Source of the DNA: Octopus vulgaris
Taxonomy: Eukaryota
Assembly: GCA_951406725.2 (NCBI GenBank)
Contig: OX597823.1
Span: 5,456,001-5,520,000 of the forward strand
Direction: 5' to 3'
DNA length: 64,000 nt
The position numbers and the translations under genes were made by a program. The notes beneath the pieces were generated by a model. That model saw only the letters and a list, made by a program, of their open reading frames with translations, was not told the origin of the DNA and did no database searches. Numbering within the stretch: position 1 is the first letter of the stretch; each line of letters begins with the position of its first letter. Positions 62,075-64,000 of this stretch are shown here, piece after piece.

Positions 62075-64000
62075 GAGTAATGCCTCACTTTACGAGGACC
62101 CACTTTACTAGGCACTGGGTTTGTGAGTTTAGTTTTATAATAAATATTAAAAAATCAAATAGTCATTTTGTGGAGTAAAGCACCAGCATAAAATTTCTGT
62201 GTCTTAGTTTGCATGTGCGCTTTGTTGAAAGAAATTATTATAAGCTAATTCTTTGTGCCACATATTTTATAGTGTATGGTTGAAGGGTAATTGACTGGAA
62301 TGGTGAAAGAGAGATGTTGCAAGAGGATCGGTGAGTGACACTTTTTTACAGTGTCTGTAGAAGAGGCAAGTCATGTTGCTATCAGTAATGTGAAGTGATT
62401 CAAGCTGGCAAGAGAATTTTAAACCTGCCCAATATGTCTAAACAAAAGTTTATAACAGACACTGATGGAAACAAAAAGCCATCACTTTGGAAACAATGTA
62501 TAGAATTGTAAAAATGCATGATGGTGGTACAATTGTGAAAAACATTTGCGACAAATTTTCACTTAATTCATCAACTGTCTGCACAGTTCTCAAAGAAAAA
62601 CAAAGATATTTATCTCAAGTGAGAAATGCACAGCCTTTGCAATCAACCTGGGCTTGTAACAAAAAGATGCTGGAAGCATTATTTCGAAAATGGAAAAACT
62701 TTGAAATGAAATATCAAAACACAATGTATGCATATGAATGTTAATCAAGCATCAATTTGTAGCAAAGCATTGTCTCTTTTCAGTATGCTTAACCCCTTAA
62801 TGGATCAATTATTTTGACATGGCATTTCATTTCAGAGCATATTTTTTTTTCCTTTTTTAATTATATACACTGTGTTAATTACAAAAAAAATGTTTTTTAT
62901 CTTCTTTCCATTATTTTTTATTATAGAAATTAAAATGTACTTTTACTCATTTGGATTTAAACGAGTTAACTCGGACATTGGAAAAATACATATAACTTAA
63001 TTATCTTCAATTTTTTATAAGATGTATTGCTTTTAAATCAACGAAAATTTTTTTTTAAATGAAATAGATAGTTTATTTAGAATGATAATTTTTAAAACAA
63101 GGAGTTACACACAAAGTTATCTTGCAGACATCACACATGTATCTGCTTTCTCTTCGAATCAGACAAGCAATTGATTTCATGCTATGCATGTGCATCTATC
63201 TGATTATCTTCTTTGTTGTCTTCTGAAAAATTGTCAGAGTCTGAACTAGACATGTCTAATTCATTCCCAGAGCTTTCCAGATCGTGAAATGAAAAATCGC
63301 TTCCGTGATCGCTGAATATATCTAAATCTTCATCCATTTTGAGAAAAAAATGCGTAAATAATTCTCTTATTTGTATAAATAATAGGGAATCAAAAAGAAA
63401 CAGTTCTAAAATGACATCAACCTCCTCCTGAATCTGAGTATGCACTGAAGTAAAAGTTCAAAACTCAGAAGCATAAATTCTTTGAAATGGCGCCAGAATA
63501 TGTGCTGCCAGGTGTACGACAACACGAGTAAATTCATGATTGCTCAAAAATGAAACGACATAAAACAAATAAACTCGTTTGAGTGCTAAAATTAAAAGTT
63601 AATTTTGACCAAGTATACTTGTCTGATTCTAAAAAGATACATTTGTGAAGCACAAGTGAACTTGGGATAATCCATTAAGGGGTTAAAGAAATGAAAGGTG
63701 ACACAAACAAAACTTTTGTTGCAAGCAGAGGATGGTTTGGTTGATTTAAAAATCAACATGGGTGGTATTTTGTCAAAGTGCAAGAAGTGTCAAGCACTGA
63801 TGTTGATGCAGCAGAAAAATTTCCAGAAACATTGGCAGAAATAATTGAAGTGGGCTTACATGCCACAACTGATTTTTAATGTCGATGAAACAGGTGTTTT
63901 CTGGAAACATATGTCATCCAGAGGTTACGTTGATAAGAATCTGTGTTACCTGGTTTTAATGTTGCAAAAGATCAACTGACATTATTATTTGGAAGAAATG
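62075..64000 (+). mobile_element. Tigger/pogo DNA transposon relic, split by a piggyBac element; runs off the right edge
   Basis: TA|GAGTAATGCCTCACTTTACG TIR-like start; CENP-B-type HTH (LNSSTVCTVLKEK); ASRGWF..FK; IFNVDETGVFWK (first D of the pogo DDD triad). Confidence 0.8.
62793..63682 (-). mobile_element. piggyBac deletion derivative (890 bp)
   Basis: TTAA|CCCCTTAATGGAT ... ATCCATTAAGGGG|TTAA (13-bp perfect TIR). Minus-strand acidic peptide MDEDLDIFSD..SDFS...SSDSD is typical of piggyBac transposase N-termini. Confidence 0.85.

Overview
AT-rich, repeat-dense eukaryotic (animal) genomic DNA. The SINE/LINE repertoire and microsatellite load look like an octopus/coleoid cephalopod, which is an inference from pattern recognition. 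The only intact host genes I can build are two tandem, same-strand, three-exon paralogues (7887-10381 and 26468-32738). They encode secreted AA15-type lytic polysaccharide monooxygenases (LPMO; 'chitin-binding type-4' domain): 20-aa signal peptide, His1, HxGxF, QEEFYGCADI, a cationic S/T/R/H linker and a 6-Cys C-terminal module. Both replace the usual second-sphere Ala next to the copper (Thr in copy A, Asn in copy B). They also share a 282-bp promoter/exon-1 tract that is ~98.6% identical while the rest of the genes has diverged, which suggests gene conversion. The remainder is mobile DNA: a Helitron relic and a complete 286-bp mini-Helitron, Penelope-like fragments with hammerhead-ribozyme motifs, several Dong/R4-type RLE LINEs at (TAA)n tracts, CR1, RTE and Tx1-like LINE pieces, Tc1/mariner/Tigger relics, piggyBac- and hAT-type MITEs, and many SINEs. 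Other structure includes a six-fold GACGTCA-N12-CCAAT array with invariant spacing, a CpG-retaining domain at ~45-55 kb, a perfect 22-bp hairpin and an orphan copy of LPMO-A intron 1. Gene models and terminal motifs were read base by base; most repeat boundaries are approximate.
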